NCBI GenBank assembly: GCA_938092135.1
Contig: CALLJL010000015.1
Coordinates: forward strand, 1,522-65,521
DNA length: 64,000 bases
Reading direction: 5' to 3'
Source of the DNA: an uncultured bacterium
GTDB lineage: Bacteria > Acidobacteriota > Aminicenantia > Aminicenantales > CALLJL01
Positions 18,461 to 28,659 of the stretch are shown piece after piece. The position numbers and the translations under genes are program-made. The notes under the pieces are model-generated. The model searched no databases. It saw only the letters and a program-made list of their open reading frames with translations, and had not been told where the DNA came from. Position 1 is the stretch's first letter. The number at the start of each line of letters is the position of its first letter.

Positions 18461-19876
18461 TTAACTTCCGGGCAAAGTTTCATCGTCCCTAATGCGGCGA
18501 GCCATGGTTAGGCCTGTAAAGCCGAAAAAGGCTAAAATGATTACCGAGATGTAATTCATAAAAGCCCAAGGAAGATAGGCTAAAGTGGGCACCCCTAAGG
18601 TTCCGGTGATATAAACTCCAGCCATACTCCAGGGAATCAAAGGAACAATTATTCCTCCGCTTTCTTCAATCAGGCGGCTAAGATTTTTGGCAGCCAAATT
18701 TTTTTGCTTGTAAATCGGAGCAAGCAGTTCCCCAGGAATGATCATCGAAAGGTAGGAACTTCCAGTTATCAGAGCCGAGAGAATAGCTGTGGCGATTGTG
18801 GTTAAGACCAAACTCCAGGTTTTAGTCACAAATTTCATAATTCGATTTAAGATAGCCGCTAGCATGCCTGTTCGTTGCATGATGCCACCGAAACTAAAAG
18901 CGGTGAAGGCTACGAGCTGCGTTTCCATCATGCTCATCATTCCTCCCCGCGAAAGCAATCGATCGACGGCTTCTACACCAGTTTGGGGTTGATAACCGCT
19001 GTTGATAGCTGTGGCAATTGTGGTTAAAGAAGTTTTCTGAAAAACAACGGCGAGAATGGCCGCTACTAGGGAAGAAAGGAGCATAGCCGGAATGGTTGGC
19101 TTTTTCTTGACGGCAAAATAAAAGACGATAATCAGAGGAAGGAGAAGAAGGAGGTTAAAATTAAAATTTTTTTCTAAAGTTGAAAGAATTAAATCCATGG
19201 AATTGGAGCTTAGGTCTTCACCTTGATATTGAAAGCCGATAAAAAGATAAATTATTAAGCCTAGAAGCCAGGCTGGCCCGGCCGACCACATCATGTGCTT
19301 TATATGATCAAAGATATTTGAACCGGCCACCACCACCGCCAGGTTGGGGATATCTGAAAGAGGCGACATCTTATCTCCGAAGTAAGCTCCGGCCACAATA
19401 GCTCCAGCGGCTGTGCCAAGGGGAATGCCAAGCCCCATGGCAATACCTATGAAAGCAACCCCGATAGTTCCGATTGTTCCCCAGGATGTTCCGGTGGCCA
19501 TTGCCGTTATGGAGCAGACAAGACAGGCAGTGAAAAGGAAAAACCGGGGAGAGATTAATTTGAGGCCGTAATAAATAATCATGGGGATCGTTCCGGAAGC
19601 GATCCAGCTACCGATAAGAATCCCGACGCTGAGCATAATAAGAATGGCGGGCATGGCCTTACTGATACTTTCAACTATCCCCCTTTCCATTTCCCTCCAA
19701 GGATAACGAAGGATCATGCCCAGACAAGCCGTAATAAAAGCCGCAGCCACTAGAAGCACCTGGGGCCTTATTTTATAAATTCCATAGCCGACACCGAGTA
19801 AAATGGCCATGGCCAGGATAGGTATTAGAGCGATCCCAAATTTGGGCTGATGGACATATTTTTCTTTTTCTTTCAT
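18461..19876 (-). CDS. nhaC: Na+/H+ antiporter NhaC family membrane protein
   Basis: 471 aa, about 11-12 hydrophobic segments. The overall pattern (GIALIPILAM..., GTSWGTIGTIGVAFIGIAMGLG, IIVPLIPWSMAG) resembles the NhaC family. Confidence 0.7.
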   Translation of the reverse strand: MKEKEKYVHQPKFGIALIPILAMAILLGVGYGIYKIRPQVLLVAAAFITACLGMILRYPWREMERGIVESISKAMPAILIMLSVGILIGSWIASGTIPMIIYYGLKLISPRFFLFTACLVCSITAMATGTSWGTIGTIGVAFIGIAMGLGIPLGTAAGAIVAGAYFGDKMSPLSDIPNLAVVVAGSNIFDHIKHMMWSAGPAWLLGLIIYLFIGFQYQGEDLSSNSMDLILSTLEKNFNFNLLLLLPLIIVFYFAVKKKPTIPAMLLSSLVAAILAVVFQKTSLTTIATAINSGYQPQTGVEAVDRLLSRGGMMSMMETQLVAFTAFSFGGIMQRTGMLAAILNRIMKFVTKTWSLVLTTIATAILSALITGSSYLSMIIPGELLAPIYKQKNLAAKNLSRLIEESGGIIVPLIPWSMAGVYITGTLGVPTLAYLPWAFMNYISVIILAFFGFTGLTMARRIRDDETLPGS

Positions 19877-19978
19877 AGCACCTTTTTTCCTTTTTTGTTT
19901 ATCGATTCTTTCTTGAATGAATAATTTTTTACTTTTGTAAAATTTTTTCTTTATTTTTATATTTATTGGATTTATCTT

Positions 19979-21151
19979 TTAACTTTGAACAAAAGTGCTT
20001 CGGGCTAAAAGCTTACCTTGGTGCAACATTAAACGACCTTTAGCCATAACCATTTCGAGATTGAGATCAGAGTCAAACATAATCAAATCAGCATCATAAC
20101 CTGCTTTGATGAACCCTTTATTTTTTAATTGATAAACACAGGCAGCATTTGTGGAGAAAAGGCGAGCCGCCTGTTCCAAAGAAACTATTCTATTTTTGAT
20201 TAAGGATTGAAAAGAGGTTAAAAGGCTTTTTTCAGTGGCAATGGTTAAACCACATAAGTGCCCCAGAGAATCAAAGACAGGCAAACTACCATTGGCATCA
20301 GAACTAACAGTTATTCTTTCCAGGGGAACATTTTTTTCCATTGCCAGCTTTAAGGCTTCTTCAAGAGAAATATCTTTTGACCCAGAAAATTCTTCAGGCA
20401 TAGCCGTAAGGTCGATTGTTCCACCCTTTAAAGCCAATTCAAAAGCTTCCAGAAGCAGTTCTTTGTTTCTATTAACGTGGGTTGGAATAATCTGAGTAAT
20501 AGGAATTTCGGTTTCTTTGAGCAGGCGCCAGATAATTTCGAGCCGTCGGGGACCATCGCCGAGATGAAGATGGAGAATACCTGCTTTTCCGCCCAGAAGA
20601 CCACCTACCCGGCATTCGGCAGCTAAATGGGCTATCTCTTCGAAGGATGGTTGAGAAGATCGATGATCAGAAATAGCAACTTCGCCACAACCAATAACTT
20701 TGTCGATAAGAACTAAATCTTTTCTAATTGATCCGGTTAAGCTTACAGGAGGTAAATCATAGGCCCCACTAAAGATAAAAGTGCTGATCCCTTCAATTTC
20801 CAGGGCTCGAGCCTTGGCATAAAGTGAAGACATATGGCGGGTAACGCTATCTGTCCCCAAGCAGCCGATGACAGTAGTCACCCCCGCCTGAATTATATCT
20901 TCAATTCTGATTTCAGGAGCTCGAGTATTTGGCCCGCCTTCGCCCCCACCACCTAAAATATGAACATGGGGATCGATAAAACCGGGAAGAATATATTTGC
21001 CTTTTGCTTCAATTTCCTGATAGTCAAGACCCTCAAGATGAAAGCTAGAAGGGGGAGACACAGCGATGATGCTCTGACCAGCAACCAGAATATCCTTTTC
21101 TCCTAAAGCTTCGGGGGCAAAAACTTGACCTCTTTTTAGAATAAAAATCAT
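19979..21151 (-). CDS. iadA: Isoaspartyl dipeptidase (beta-aspartyl peptidase)
   Basis: 390 aa amidohydrolase fold. LPGFIDPHVHILGGGGEGGP.TR, a HLHLGDG metal site, and VSSDANGS. Closely resembles IadA. Confidence 0.85.
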   Translation of the reverse strand: MIFILKRGQVFAPEALGEKDILVAGQSIIAVSPPSSFHLEGLDYQEIEAKGKYILPGFIDPHVHILGGGGEGGPNTRAPEIRIEDIIQAGVTTVIGCLGTDSVTRHMSSLYAKARALEIEGISTFIFSGAYDLPPVSLTGSIRKDLVLIDKVIGCGEVAISDHRSSQPSFEEIAHLAAECRVGGLLGGKAGILHLHLGDGPRRLEIIWRLLKETEIPITQIIPTHVNRNKELLLEAFELALKGGTIDLTAMPEEFSGSKDISLEEALKLAMEKNVPLERITVSSDANGSLPVFDSLGHLCGLTIATEKSLLTSFQSLIKNRIVSLEQAARLFSTNAACVYQLKNKGFIKAGYDADLIMFDSDLNLEMVMAKGRLMLHQGKLLARSTFVQS

Positions 21152-21294
21152 TCCTTTCCTCCTAATTCAGAGCCGTTAAATTATCACGGCTGAGAGGGAA
21201 AAACAAGATATTACCGAAATGGCTAAAGAAGCTATTTAAGCTTTTGCTAACTTCATGGAGAGGATAAAATAGGGGCTAGAAAATAATTCGAAGG

Positions 21295-21322
21295 TTGACG
21301 AAAGAGAAAATCAATTTAAAAT
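21295..21322 (+). promoter_or_regulatory. Putative sigma-70 promoter placed so that transcription would start at or next to the ATG (leaderless candidate)
   Basis: TTGACG (21295-300), 16 nt spacer, TAAAAT (21317-22), then 7 nt (AAAAAAG, no SD) before the ATG at 21330. Confidence 0.4.
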
Positions 21323-21329
21323 AAAAAAG

Positions 21330-22094
21330 ATGGCCAAAATAAGTTCGCTGGAAGAAGAGTTCAAGCGATTTGAACCAGTAATCCGCATCTTAAGTAATTT
21401 AGCCCTTCTTGGCAAAAAGCTCGAGGTGTTGGGGAAGGAAAACTTCATCCGGAGCGGACCAAATTTAATAGTGGGTAATCATGTCGGAACATATAAGGAT
21501 ATTGCCGTTCTTTTTAAAATTGTCCCAAGACCTATCTTTTTTACTGCCAATAAACAGATTTTTTCAAAACAGGAATTCAATGAATTAATCGGTAAACATC
21601 TTCAGCGTCATCTAAAAAGAATAGGTCCTTTTATTAATCTATTGCTGGGCCCGCTCAAATCCCTTTTCGTTCGCTATGTTTCTACAAATATTGCTCGAAT
21701 TGGGACTATTCCAGTTGATTTGGCCAGCAAAACGAAAGAAGCCAGAGAAATGATTGAGAACTACATTCGGCAGGGGAAAGCGGTTATTGCCTTACAGGGA
21801 AGAGGACGCCTCAAGCCAAATGACCCCAACCCCTATGTGGATTTTTTTAAACCTGGGGTGCCGGCAATCGCCTACAATCTTTATTTAAATGATCATTTGC
21901 TTGTTCCTGTAACTCCTTTAGCTATTTATGGGACTCACCGACCCTTTTTAATTCCTACGTTAATCAAGGTAAATGTAGGCGAACCGATGTTTATTACTGA
22001 TTATTTGAGAGAAAATGCCAAAGAAACAATTGAATGTTTTCGGACCGCTTTAGAAAATCGAGTGAAAAAGCTTCTCTATGGCCTGGTCGGATGA
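21330..22094 (+). CDS. Lysophospholipid/glycerol-phosphate acyltransferase-like protein (PlsC superfamily, divergent)
   Basis: 254 aa. VGNHVGTYKD resembles the NHxxxxD acyltransferase box but has one extra residue (HX5D). A downstream FFKPGVPAIA-like block is present. Confidence 0.45.
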   Translation: MAKISSLEEEFKRFEPVIRILSNLALLGKKLEVLGKENFIRSGPNLIVGNHVGTYKDIAVLFKIVPRPIFFTANKQIFSKQEFNELIGKHLQRHLKRIGPFINLLLGPLKSLFVRYVSTNIARIGTIPVDLASKTKEAREMIENYIRQGKAVIALQGRGRLKPNDPNPYVDFFKPGVPAIAYNLYLNDHLLVPVTPLAIYGTHRPFLIPTLIKVNVGEPMFITDYLRENAKETIECFRTALENRVKKLLYGLVG

Positions 22095-22098
22095 AAGC

Positions 22099-24024
22099 TT
22101 ATCTTTCAAATCTGGCCAGAATATCATTATTTATTTTCTGAATTTCCTGAGAGTTTATTCTGACTTTCTTCTCTTCCTGAAGTTTGGAAAGAAAAGAGCT
22201 TAATATTAGATTTCTTTTAGTCATTACAAGATTATTCAATTCTTCTTTGAGATTTTTTAGAAATTCATCATAACTGGCTTCTTTTCTTTCGAGAACACGG
22301 AAAACGACCAAACCGCCCTCAAATTCTACAGGATTGCTTACCTTAGATAAAGGAAGGGAGAAAATCATTTCGTCAAAAGGATGGCTATCCCCAATAAGGC
22401 TTAAATATTGCTCTCTTTTATGTTCATTAACAGTTTTATATTCAAAATTATTTTCCTTAGCTATTTTTTCCCAATCATGGCTCGCCTCAAGCTCGGGTTT
22501 TAAGCTCAGCAATTTTTCCTTGGCTATTTCTTTTTTCTTAGCTTCGAGCCAGTCCTTTTCTACTTCGCTTCTGACTTCATCTAAAGTGGCCAGATGAGCC
22601 TTTGAAATGGCTGTAAGCTGACAAAGAGCCACCCCATCAAAAGTGGGAATTACGCTTGATATTTCTTTTTCTTTCAGGCTAAAGAGGGTTTTACTAATAA
22701 AACCAGCTGGATCTTTATCAGCAATGGCCTCTCCTTCTTTAACCGGTCCAAAATTTTCACCTTTATAACCCAGTTTTGCCGCCGCGCTTTCGAGATTTTT
22801 TTCTTTTTTGGCTATTTTGGCCAATTCGTTCAATCGTTTAGTTCCCAGTTCCCTGGCTTTTTGATCTTCTAGACTTGATTTAATCTGATTTCTGACCTCA
22901 ACGAGAGGCCTAAGCCTCGGTTCCTGCTTTTCAGTTACCCGCAAAATTGAAATCCCATCGGCCAACTCAACCATGGCATCCTGGGATTTTTCAAGTCTTT
23001 GGATTTCATTCTGTTCAGTTTGAGAAAGCGAGCGCCATTCCCATTCGCCCCAATCACCTCCTTGGGAGGCTTTATTATCTTTGGAGTGTTCCCGGGCCAA
23101 AGTCGCAAAATCCTCGCCCTCTTTTAGACGATTGAGCAGAGTCTTCGCCTGGTCGACAACAGCGGCTCTGTTTTCAGCCGAGAAGGGAAGGTAGATTCGA
23201 CTTACCCTGATTCTTTCTTGCTCTCGAAACTGTTCTTTATGATCTTCATAATACTTCTCAATTTCAGCTTCGTTGACCGTTATTTCTTTGATTAGATCGT
23301 TAATGTTTAAGAAAACAACATAACCCTGCCTTCTTTCAGGCAATTGATAACGGTCCTGATTTCGGGCAAAAAAATCCTGAATTTCTTGGGGGCTGGGAGA
23401 TTGCTGAAAGGTGATTTTATTTTTATCTACTACCAGGTATTCCAGGCGGGCGCTTTCGTTGTTCCTTTTATAATTTTCCCAGGCTTCCTCTTCTCTGACC
23501 GCTACGTTGGCTGTAAGCAGAAGCCCGATTTTATTTAAAAGAATATCCTTTTTTAAACTATCTTCAAAATCGGTTACTGATATCCTATTCCATTGAAGAA
23601 TGCGCCGGTATTCATCAAAGCCTATGAATTTGCCGTCCCGCTGAAAAACCGGCAAGCTCATGATTTGCTCTCTCACTTCATCCTCAGTTACTTCAATTTG
23701 CAATTCCCTGGCAACTTCATAAAGTAAATTTTGCTGGATTAGTTCTTGTAAAACTCTTTGAGGCAGACCGAGTTGTTCAATTAACCTCCTGTCAAGGCCC
23801 TTAAATTCAGACTGCAGGGCCTCTATTTGGCGGCGAAGGGCCTGGATATAATCTTGGGAATAGATTTTTTTATCGCCCACAATAATCAGGGGTTTTTCAC
23901 TAGCCATCACGCCTAAGCGGCCACCACCGCCCCAAACGGCGAAGATGGCAATAATGAAAGCAGCAATAACAAGCCAAAGGCTCGGTGACAATTTTTTAAC
24001 ATTTTTTCTCATTGCTTTGAGCAT
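22099..24024 (-). CDS. ppiD: Periplasmic chaperone / peptidyl-prolyl isomerase PpiD-like (SurA_N + parvulin domain)
   Basis: 641 aa. N-terminus MLKAMRKNVKKLSPSLWLVIAAFIIAIFAVWGGG (single TM) is typical of PpiD. Central parvulin-like block IRVSRIYLPF..LLNRLKEGEDFATLAREHSKD..SQGGDWGEW. Confidence 0.8.
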   Translation of the reverse strand: MLKAMRKNVKKLSPSLWLVIAAFIIAIFAVWGGGGRLGVMASEKPLIIVGDKKIYSQDYIQALRRQIEALQSEFKGLDRRLIEQLGLPQRVLQELIQQNLLYEVARELQIEVTEDEVREQIMSLPVFQRDGKFIGFDEYRRILQWNRISVTDFEDSLKKDILLNKIGLLLTANVAVREEEAWENYKRNNESARLEYLVVDKNKITFQQSPSPQEIQDFFARNQDRYQLPERRQGYVVFLNINDLIKEITVNEAEIEKYYEDHKEQFREQERIRVSRIYLPFSAENRAAVVDQAKTLLNRLKEGEDFATLAREHSKDNKASQGGDWGEWEWRSLSQTEQNEIQRLEKSQDAMVELADGISILRVTEKQEPRLRPLVEVRNQIKSSLEDQKARELGTKRLNELAKIAKKEKNLESAAAKLGYKGENFGPVKEGEAIADKDPAGFISKTLFSLKEKEISSVIPTFDGVALCQLTAISKAHLATLDEVRSEVEKDWLEAKKKEIAKEKLLSLKPELEASHDWEKIAKENNFEYKTVNEHKREQYLSLIGDSHPFDEMIFSLPLSKVSNPVEFEGGLVVFRVLERKEASYDEFLKNLKEELNNLVMTKRNLILSSFLSKLQEEKKVRINSQEIQKINNDILARFER

Positions 24025-24042
24025 GGAGTCTCCTTCCCTGGG

Positions 24043-25203
24043 CTAAGAGATTAGCCCTTCGGCCTCACGAATTAATTGGCGAGCAATGACCAGCCTTTGA
24101 ATTTCCGAGGTACCTTCGTAAATCGTCGTCACCCTGGCTTCCCGATAAAGCCTTTCAATCGGATATTCTCGAGAATAACCGTAACCTCCGTGAATTTGAA
24201 GGGCAATATAGGCAATTTTATTAGCTGCTTCAGTGGCAAAGAGCTTAGCCATAGCCGCTTCTTTAGTATAGGGAAGATTGTGGTCAACAAGAGAGGCGGC
24301 TCGATAGGTAAGAAGTCTGGCCGCCTCAACTAAGGTAGCCCCATCGGCTAGCATAAACTGAATGGCCTCAAAGCTGGCTATTTTTTGTCCAAAAGCTTCT
24401 CTTTCCTTTGCATAACGAATGCCCAATTCGAGGGCTGTTTGGGCAAGTCCCACAGCCTGAGCAGCAATGCCTATCCTTGAACCATCGAGGAGCTTAAGGG
24501 CTATAGCCATGCCCCGACCTTCTTCGCCCAGAAGATTTTCTGTGGGAATTCGGCATTCCTCAAAGGCGATTTGAGCTGTAGGCGAAGAATTAAATCCCAT
24601 TTTTTCTTCAATTTTAAGAATTTGAAGGCCTGGAGAGTCCCGGTCGACAATGAAAGCACTGATCCTCTTTTTCTCTTTTTCGCCTGAAGTGACCGCAAAG
24701 AGAATCAAGGCGTCGGCTTCGCTGCCTGTTGTCACCCAAGATTTAATTCCATTAATAACGAAAACATTCCCTTCTTTTCTGGCTTTTGTTAGAAGATTGG
24801 CGGCATCTGAGCCAGCCCCTGGCTCGGAAAGACTAAAGGCTCCAAGAATTTCACCTTTGGCTGCCCGGGGTAAATATTTCTTTTTTTGTTCTTCTCGACC
24901 ATATTCCTGTATGGCTTTTATGAATAGGGAAGAATGGACACTTACGGTGAGAGCCACTGAGGCGGAGAACCGACTTAATTCTTCAAGAGCCAAAATAAAG
25001 GATAGATAGTCACTCTTAGTTCCGCCATAAGCTGGCTCTGTAGTCATTCCCAGAATACCTAATTCTCCAAGTTTGCGGAAGACTTCTCGAGGGAAAAGAT
25101 GTTCCCTTTCCCAATTATCCACATAGGGCGCAATTTCTCTTTCGGCAAACTCTCGCACCATTTCCTTCAAAAGTTTTTGTTCTTCAGTGAGGCTGAAGTC
25201 CAT
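24043..25203 (-). CDS. Acyl-CoA dehydrogenase (short/medium-chain type)
   Basis: 386 aa. MDFSLTEEQ..L...VREFAE.EI.P, GAFSLSEPGAGSD, and QIHGGYGYSREYPIERLYREARVTTIYEGTSEIQRLVIAR. Canonical ACAD motifs. Confidence 0.92.
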   Translation of the reverse strand: MDFSLTEEQKLLKEMVREFAEREIAPYVDNWEREHLFPREVFRKLGELGILGMTTEPAYGGTKSDYLSFILALEELSRFSASVALTVSVHSSLFIKAIQEYGREEQKKKYLPRAAKGEILGAFSLSEPGAGSDAANLLTKARKEGNVFVINGIKSWVTTGSEADALILFAVTSGEKEKKRISAFIVDRDSPGLQILKIEEKMGFNSSPTAQIAFEECRIPTENLLGEEGRGMAIALKLLDGSRIGIAAQAVGLAQTALELGIRYAKEREAFGQKIASFEAIQFMLADGATLVEAARLLTYRAASLVDHNLPYTKEAAMAKLFATEAANKIAYIALQIHGGYGYSREYPIERLYREARVTTIYEGTSEIQRLVIARQLIREAEGLIS

Positions 25204-25227
25204 TTTGGTCTCTAAAAAAATGATTGG

Positions 25228-25734
25228 TTAAGGCCTTTTTTTGGCTAATTCTCTCTGAAAAAGTTTATAAAGTCGATTAAAAGTGGTTTCAAGATCTTCC
25301 ATTACGACTTTGGTTTGGGCCACCAGAGGCATAAAATTGGCATCTCCTGTCCATCGAGGAATCACATGAAGATGATAATGATAGGCAACGCCAGCTCCGG
25401 CACATTGCCCGAGATTCATCCCCACATTGAATCCCTGGGGTCGGTAAACTTCCCGCAGTATTCTCAAGCTTATCTTGAGAAGCTCCATCATTTCATTAGT
25501 TATTTCCGATGGAACATCCTCCAGCCGGGCTAAATGACGGTAGGGGGCGATCATAAGATGTCCCGGTGTATAAGGGTATTTATTTAGAACGATGAAGTTG
25601 TGGGAACCTCGGAATAAAATCAGACTTTTGCGATCATCGGACAATTTAATAGCTTCGCAGAAAATACATTCTTTCATTTTGAAAACATTTCTAATATAGG
25701 CTTCTCTCCATGGAGTTACGAGATAAGCCTTCAT
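25228..25734 (-). CDS. HIT-family nucleotide hydrolase/phosphorylase (Ap4A phosphorylase-like branch)
   Basis: 168 aa. PWREAYI N-terminal motif, CIFC, NKYPYTPGHLM, and the histidine triad HYHLHVIPRWTGDANFMP. Confidence 0.8.
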   Translation of the reverse strand: MKAYLVTPWREAYIRNVFKMKECIFCEAIKLSDDRKSLILFRGSHNFIVLNKYPYTPGHLMIAPYRHLARLEDVPSEITNEMMELLKISLRILREVYRPQGFNVGMNLGQCAGAGVAYHYHLHVIPRWTGDANFMPLVAQTKVVMEDLETTFNRLYKLFQRELAKKRP

Positions 25735-25741
25735 TTATTTT

Positions 25742-26026
25742 TTAAATAATTTTTTTATTTAATAATTCCTTTAAAAGTTTACTTGGTTTGAAATAAAGTA
25801 TTTTTTTGGCTGGAACTTTAACCGCCGTACCTGTTTTTGGGTTGCGGCCAATTCTTCCTTTTCTTTTTCGCCACTGCCAGCTGCCAAAGCCTCGAATTTC
25901 CACCCTATCGCCTTTTAACAAGGCCTCTTTAATTGTTCTGAAAAAGGTATCAACCCCTTCCTTAGCTTTTTTTTTGGGTAGATTAAGCTCTTCGGAGACT
26001 CGGGTTACGAGATCAGCCTTTATCAT
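25742..26026 (-). CDS. ihfB: HU/IHF-family DNA-binding protein (IHF beta-like)
   Basis: 94 aa. KADLV..V......L.KK.A...VDTFF..I.EAL..GDRVEIRGFGSW..R.R..R.GRNPKTG..V.V.AK. Located directly downstream of rpsA (ATGA overlap), as in rpsA-ihfB operons. Confidence 0.75.
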   Translation of the reverse strand: MIKADLVTRVSEELNLPKKKAKEGVDTFFRTIKEALLKGDRVEIRGFGSWQWRKRKGRIGRNPKTGTAVKVPAKKILYFKPSKLLKELLNKKII

Positions 26027-27765
26027 GAGCCCTCCTTCTTTTTTCCCTTCTCCTTGGAAAAAGGAAGATTGCGGAGCTGGTCTTTCATAATATCACCCAG
26101 GGTCAACCGATTATTCTGAGATTGAAGATATTTCTGATATTCCATCTTCTGGAGCTCTATCTGGGCTTGGCGGAAACTCAGAGAAATTTTCTTTTCTTTA
26201 ACATTCATCTTAGTGATTTTAGCTAGACGCACTTCGCCTCCCGAAAAGAGCTCTGAGGGATGATTGACCCTCTTTTCGTCTAATTCCGAAAGAAAAACAA
26301 CGCCTTCAATTCCAGGTGTGATTTCAACAAAAACGCCAAAGTCAGTGATTCGAACAACCCTCACCTGGACAATATCACCCACTTTGTGGCGAGCAAAGAA
26401 ATCTTCCCAGATATCACCCTCGAGTTGCTTTATTCCCAGGGAAATTTTTTGTTTTTCCACATCGATATTCAGAATGACTGCCTCAACTTCTTGGCCAACT
26501 TTCAGCTTTTCGGAGGGATGCTTGATTTTTTCCCAACAGATGTCCGAAATATGGATCAACCCCTCAATATCTTTATCAATTTGCATAAAAGCACCAAAAT
26601 CAGTCAAACTGGTAATTTTACCTTTTACGCGGCTACCGGGCCCCAGGCGTTGTTTAAGCAACTCCAAAGGATGAGGACTAGCCTGTTTCAATCCCAGAGA
26701 AATTCTTCTGGCTTCTTGATTGACATCAAGCACCACCACCGTTACTTCTTGACCCGGGCTGAGGATTTTCTTCGGATGGACTGGTTTTTTGGACCAAGTA
26801 AGATCAGAAATATGAATAAGGCCTTCAATTCCTTTTTCGAGTTCCACAAAAGCACCAAAATCGGCCAGGCTTGTTACTTTGCCCACTACGCGGCTGCCCA
26901 CAGGATATTTTTCTGAAACTCTAAGCCAGGGATCTTCAGTTAATTGTTTATAGCCAAGGGATATTCTTTCTTCAGATTCATCAAAATCTAGGATAACTAC
27001 CTCAACTTCCTGACCGATAGTAAATAGCTCTGAGGGATGATTGATTTTTCCCCACGACATATCGGAGATATGCAATAAACCTTCAACTCCGCCTATATCT
27101 ATAAAAGCTCCGAAGTTAGTAATTGATTTTACCTGGCCTTTAACCTTTTGCCCTTTGACAAGTTGGCTAAAGACTCTCCGTTTCTTCTTTTCCTTTTCAT
27201 CCAATAAAAATAATTTGCGGGAGAGAACAGCCATTTCGCTCTTGCGGTCAAAGCGAACAACTTTAAATTTGAAAGTTGATCCGATTAATTTATCAGGATC
27301 CTTAGGAGTTTTAATATCAGCGTGATTTTCGGGTAAGAAAGTTTTTATTCCCACATCGACGATAAAGCCGCCTTTAATTTTTTCCACTATTTTCCCTTGA
27401 ACCCAGCCATGGCTAGAAAAGGCTCTTTCAAGATAATCAAGGGCTCGAAGAGTGTCAGCCCGGCGTTTGGAAAGAATCAGCGATCCGTCCCGCGGATCAA
27501 TTTTTTCAAGAATAGCCTCGACCTCGGCTCCAAGACGGAGGTTTTGGGCATTATCGCCTCCAAAATCCTCAATAGGAATAATACCTTCCGATTTAAAACC
27601 AATATCAACTAGAACATGAGAGGAGGTAACTCTGACAATTTTTCCTTTTATTAGCTTTCCCGGGGTAAGCTCTTTTATCGTAAATTGATAGCGATTGAGC
27701 AGATTTTCATAAGTTTCAGGGCTCAGGGGATCATTTTTTTCAGCATTCTTTTTTATCTCGGACAT
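26023..27765 (-). CDS. rpsA: 30S ribosomal protein S1
   Basis: 580 aa with six S1 (OB-fold) repeats, each with G..V.G.V..I..FGAFV(D/E)I.G..GL.HISD patterns. Confidence 0.95.
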   Translation of the reverse strand: MSEIKKNAEKNDPLSPETYENLLNRYQFTIKELTPGKLIKGKIVRVTSSHVLVDIGFKSEGIIPIEDFGGDNAQNLRLGAEVEAILEKIDPRDGSLILSKRRADTLRALDYLERAFSSHGWVQGKIVEKIKGGFIVDVGIKTFLPENHADIKTPKDPDKLIGSTFKFKVVRFDRKSEMAVLSRKLFLLDEKEKKKRRVFSQLVKGQKVKGQVKSITNFGAFIDIGGVEGLLHISDMSWGKINHPSELFTIGQEVEVVILDFDESEERISLGYKQLTEDPWLRVSEKYPVGSRVVGKVTSLADFGAFVELEKGIEGLIHISDLTWSKKPVHPKKILSPGQEVTVVVLDVNQEARRISLGLKQASPHPLELLKQRLGPGSRVKGKITSLTDFGAFMQIDKDIEGLIHISDICWEKIKHPSEKLKVGQEVEAVILNIDVEKQKISLGIKQLEGDIWEDFFARHKVGDIVQVRVVRITDFGVFVEITPGIEGVVFLSELDEKRVNHPSELFSGGEVRLAKITKMNVKEKKISLSFRQAQIELQKMEYQKYLQSQNNRLTLGDIMKDQLRNLPFSKEKGKKKEGS

Positions 27766-28631
27766 TGGACAGTTATCTCCTCATAACCAGACTCTTGACA
27801 GATATTTTTAATTTTAGCCACGGCTTCTTGGATGGCCTCAGGTGGTGTCGAGGCTCCTCCAGAAATACCTATTTTCTTGACTCCTAAAAGCATCTCAGGT
27901 CTTATCTGTTCTGCCTTTTCAATAAAATAAGTACGGGGCTGAATCCTTTTTGAGATCTCATAGAGCTTATTGGTATTTGAACTTGAGATTCCACCGATGA
28001 TAAAAAGGACATCTACCCTAGAAGCGAGTTCAGAGGTACTTTGCTGGCGAATTTGGGTTGACCGGCAGATAGTATTATAAACCCTTAATTCTTGAGTTTT
28101 ATCTACCAGCAAAGCCACTATGCGGGAAAAAAGTTCTCTGTCCTGGGTCGATTGGGCAAGCACAGCTCGCCGACGAGAAAAGGGAAGAGCCTGGGCCTGA
28201 GATTCTTTGTCAATAATCACGGCCCGGCCGCCGCTTGTTCCAAGTAAAGCTTTGATTTCAGGATGATTTGGGTTGCCAACGATAATTAATTCTAGATTCT
28301 GCTGGGCTAAGCGAGAGGTCAATTTTTGAATCTTTTTTACTATGGGGCAGGTGGCGTCAATTACTTTTTTGGCCTTTTTCTCAAGCAGATTATAAATTTC
28401 CGGCGAAACTCCATGGCTGCGGATAACAACTGTTTTTTCCTTTAAATTGTCAATATTTTCAGTAGGAATTATGCCTTCCTTTTCTAATTCCTGAATGACA
28501 GTGGGATTATGAATTAGTTCACCCCATGTATACACAGTTGAATTCTCTTGTCGCCTTGTTTCCCGAGCGAGATGGAGGGCTCTTTTTACTCCATAACAAA
28601 AGCCGCTCTCTCGCGCGATTACTATCTCCAT
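27753..28631 (-). CDS. ispH: 4-hydroxy-3-methylbut-2-enyl diphosphate reductase
   Basis: 292 aa. GFCYGVKRA, LIHNP.V, ATCPIV.K and GG..SSNT..L motifs of IspH/LytB. The 13-nt overlap with rpsA matches the frequent ispH-rpsA linkage. Confidence 0.92.
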   Translation of the reverse strand: MEIVIARESGFCYGVKRALHLARETRRQENSTVYTWGELIHNPTVIQELEKEGIIPTENIDNLKEKTVVIRSHGVSPEIYNLLEKKAKKVIDATCPIVKKIQKLTSRLAQQNLELIIVGNPNHPEIKALLGTSGGRAVIIDKESQAQALPFSRRRAVLAQSTQDRELFSRIVALLVDKTQELRVYNTICRSTQIRQQSTSELASRVDVLFIIGGISSSNTNKLYEISKRIQPRTYFIEKAEQIRPEMLLGVKKIGISGGASTPPEAIQEAVAKIKNICQESGYEEITVQCPR

Positions 28632-28659
28632 AGGCTATTAAAGCAAATTTAGATGGCAT

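Noticed and set aside
24650-25009. 119-aa plus-strand ORF antisense to the acyl-CoA dehydrogenase gene. The smaller antisense ORFs listed throughout the track are similar.
   Set aside because: It is fully embedded in a canonical ACAD coding sequence and has no start context or recognisable domain, so it is treated as a spurious shadow ORF.
26264-26916. Two long plus-strand ORFs (136 and 176 aa) antisense to rpsA.
   Set aside because: They lie entirely inside the strongly supported S1 gene and have low-complexity, Ser/Phe/Ile-rich translations with no motifs. This is the typical shadow of a repetitive, codon-biased gene on the opposite strand.
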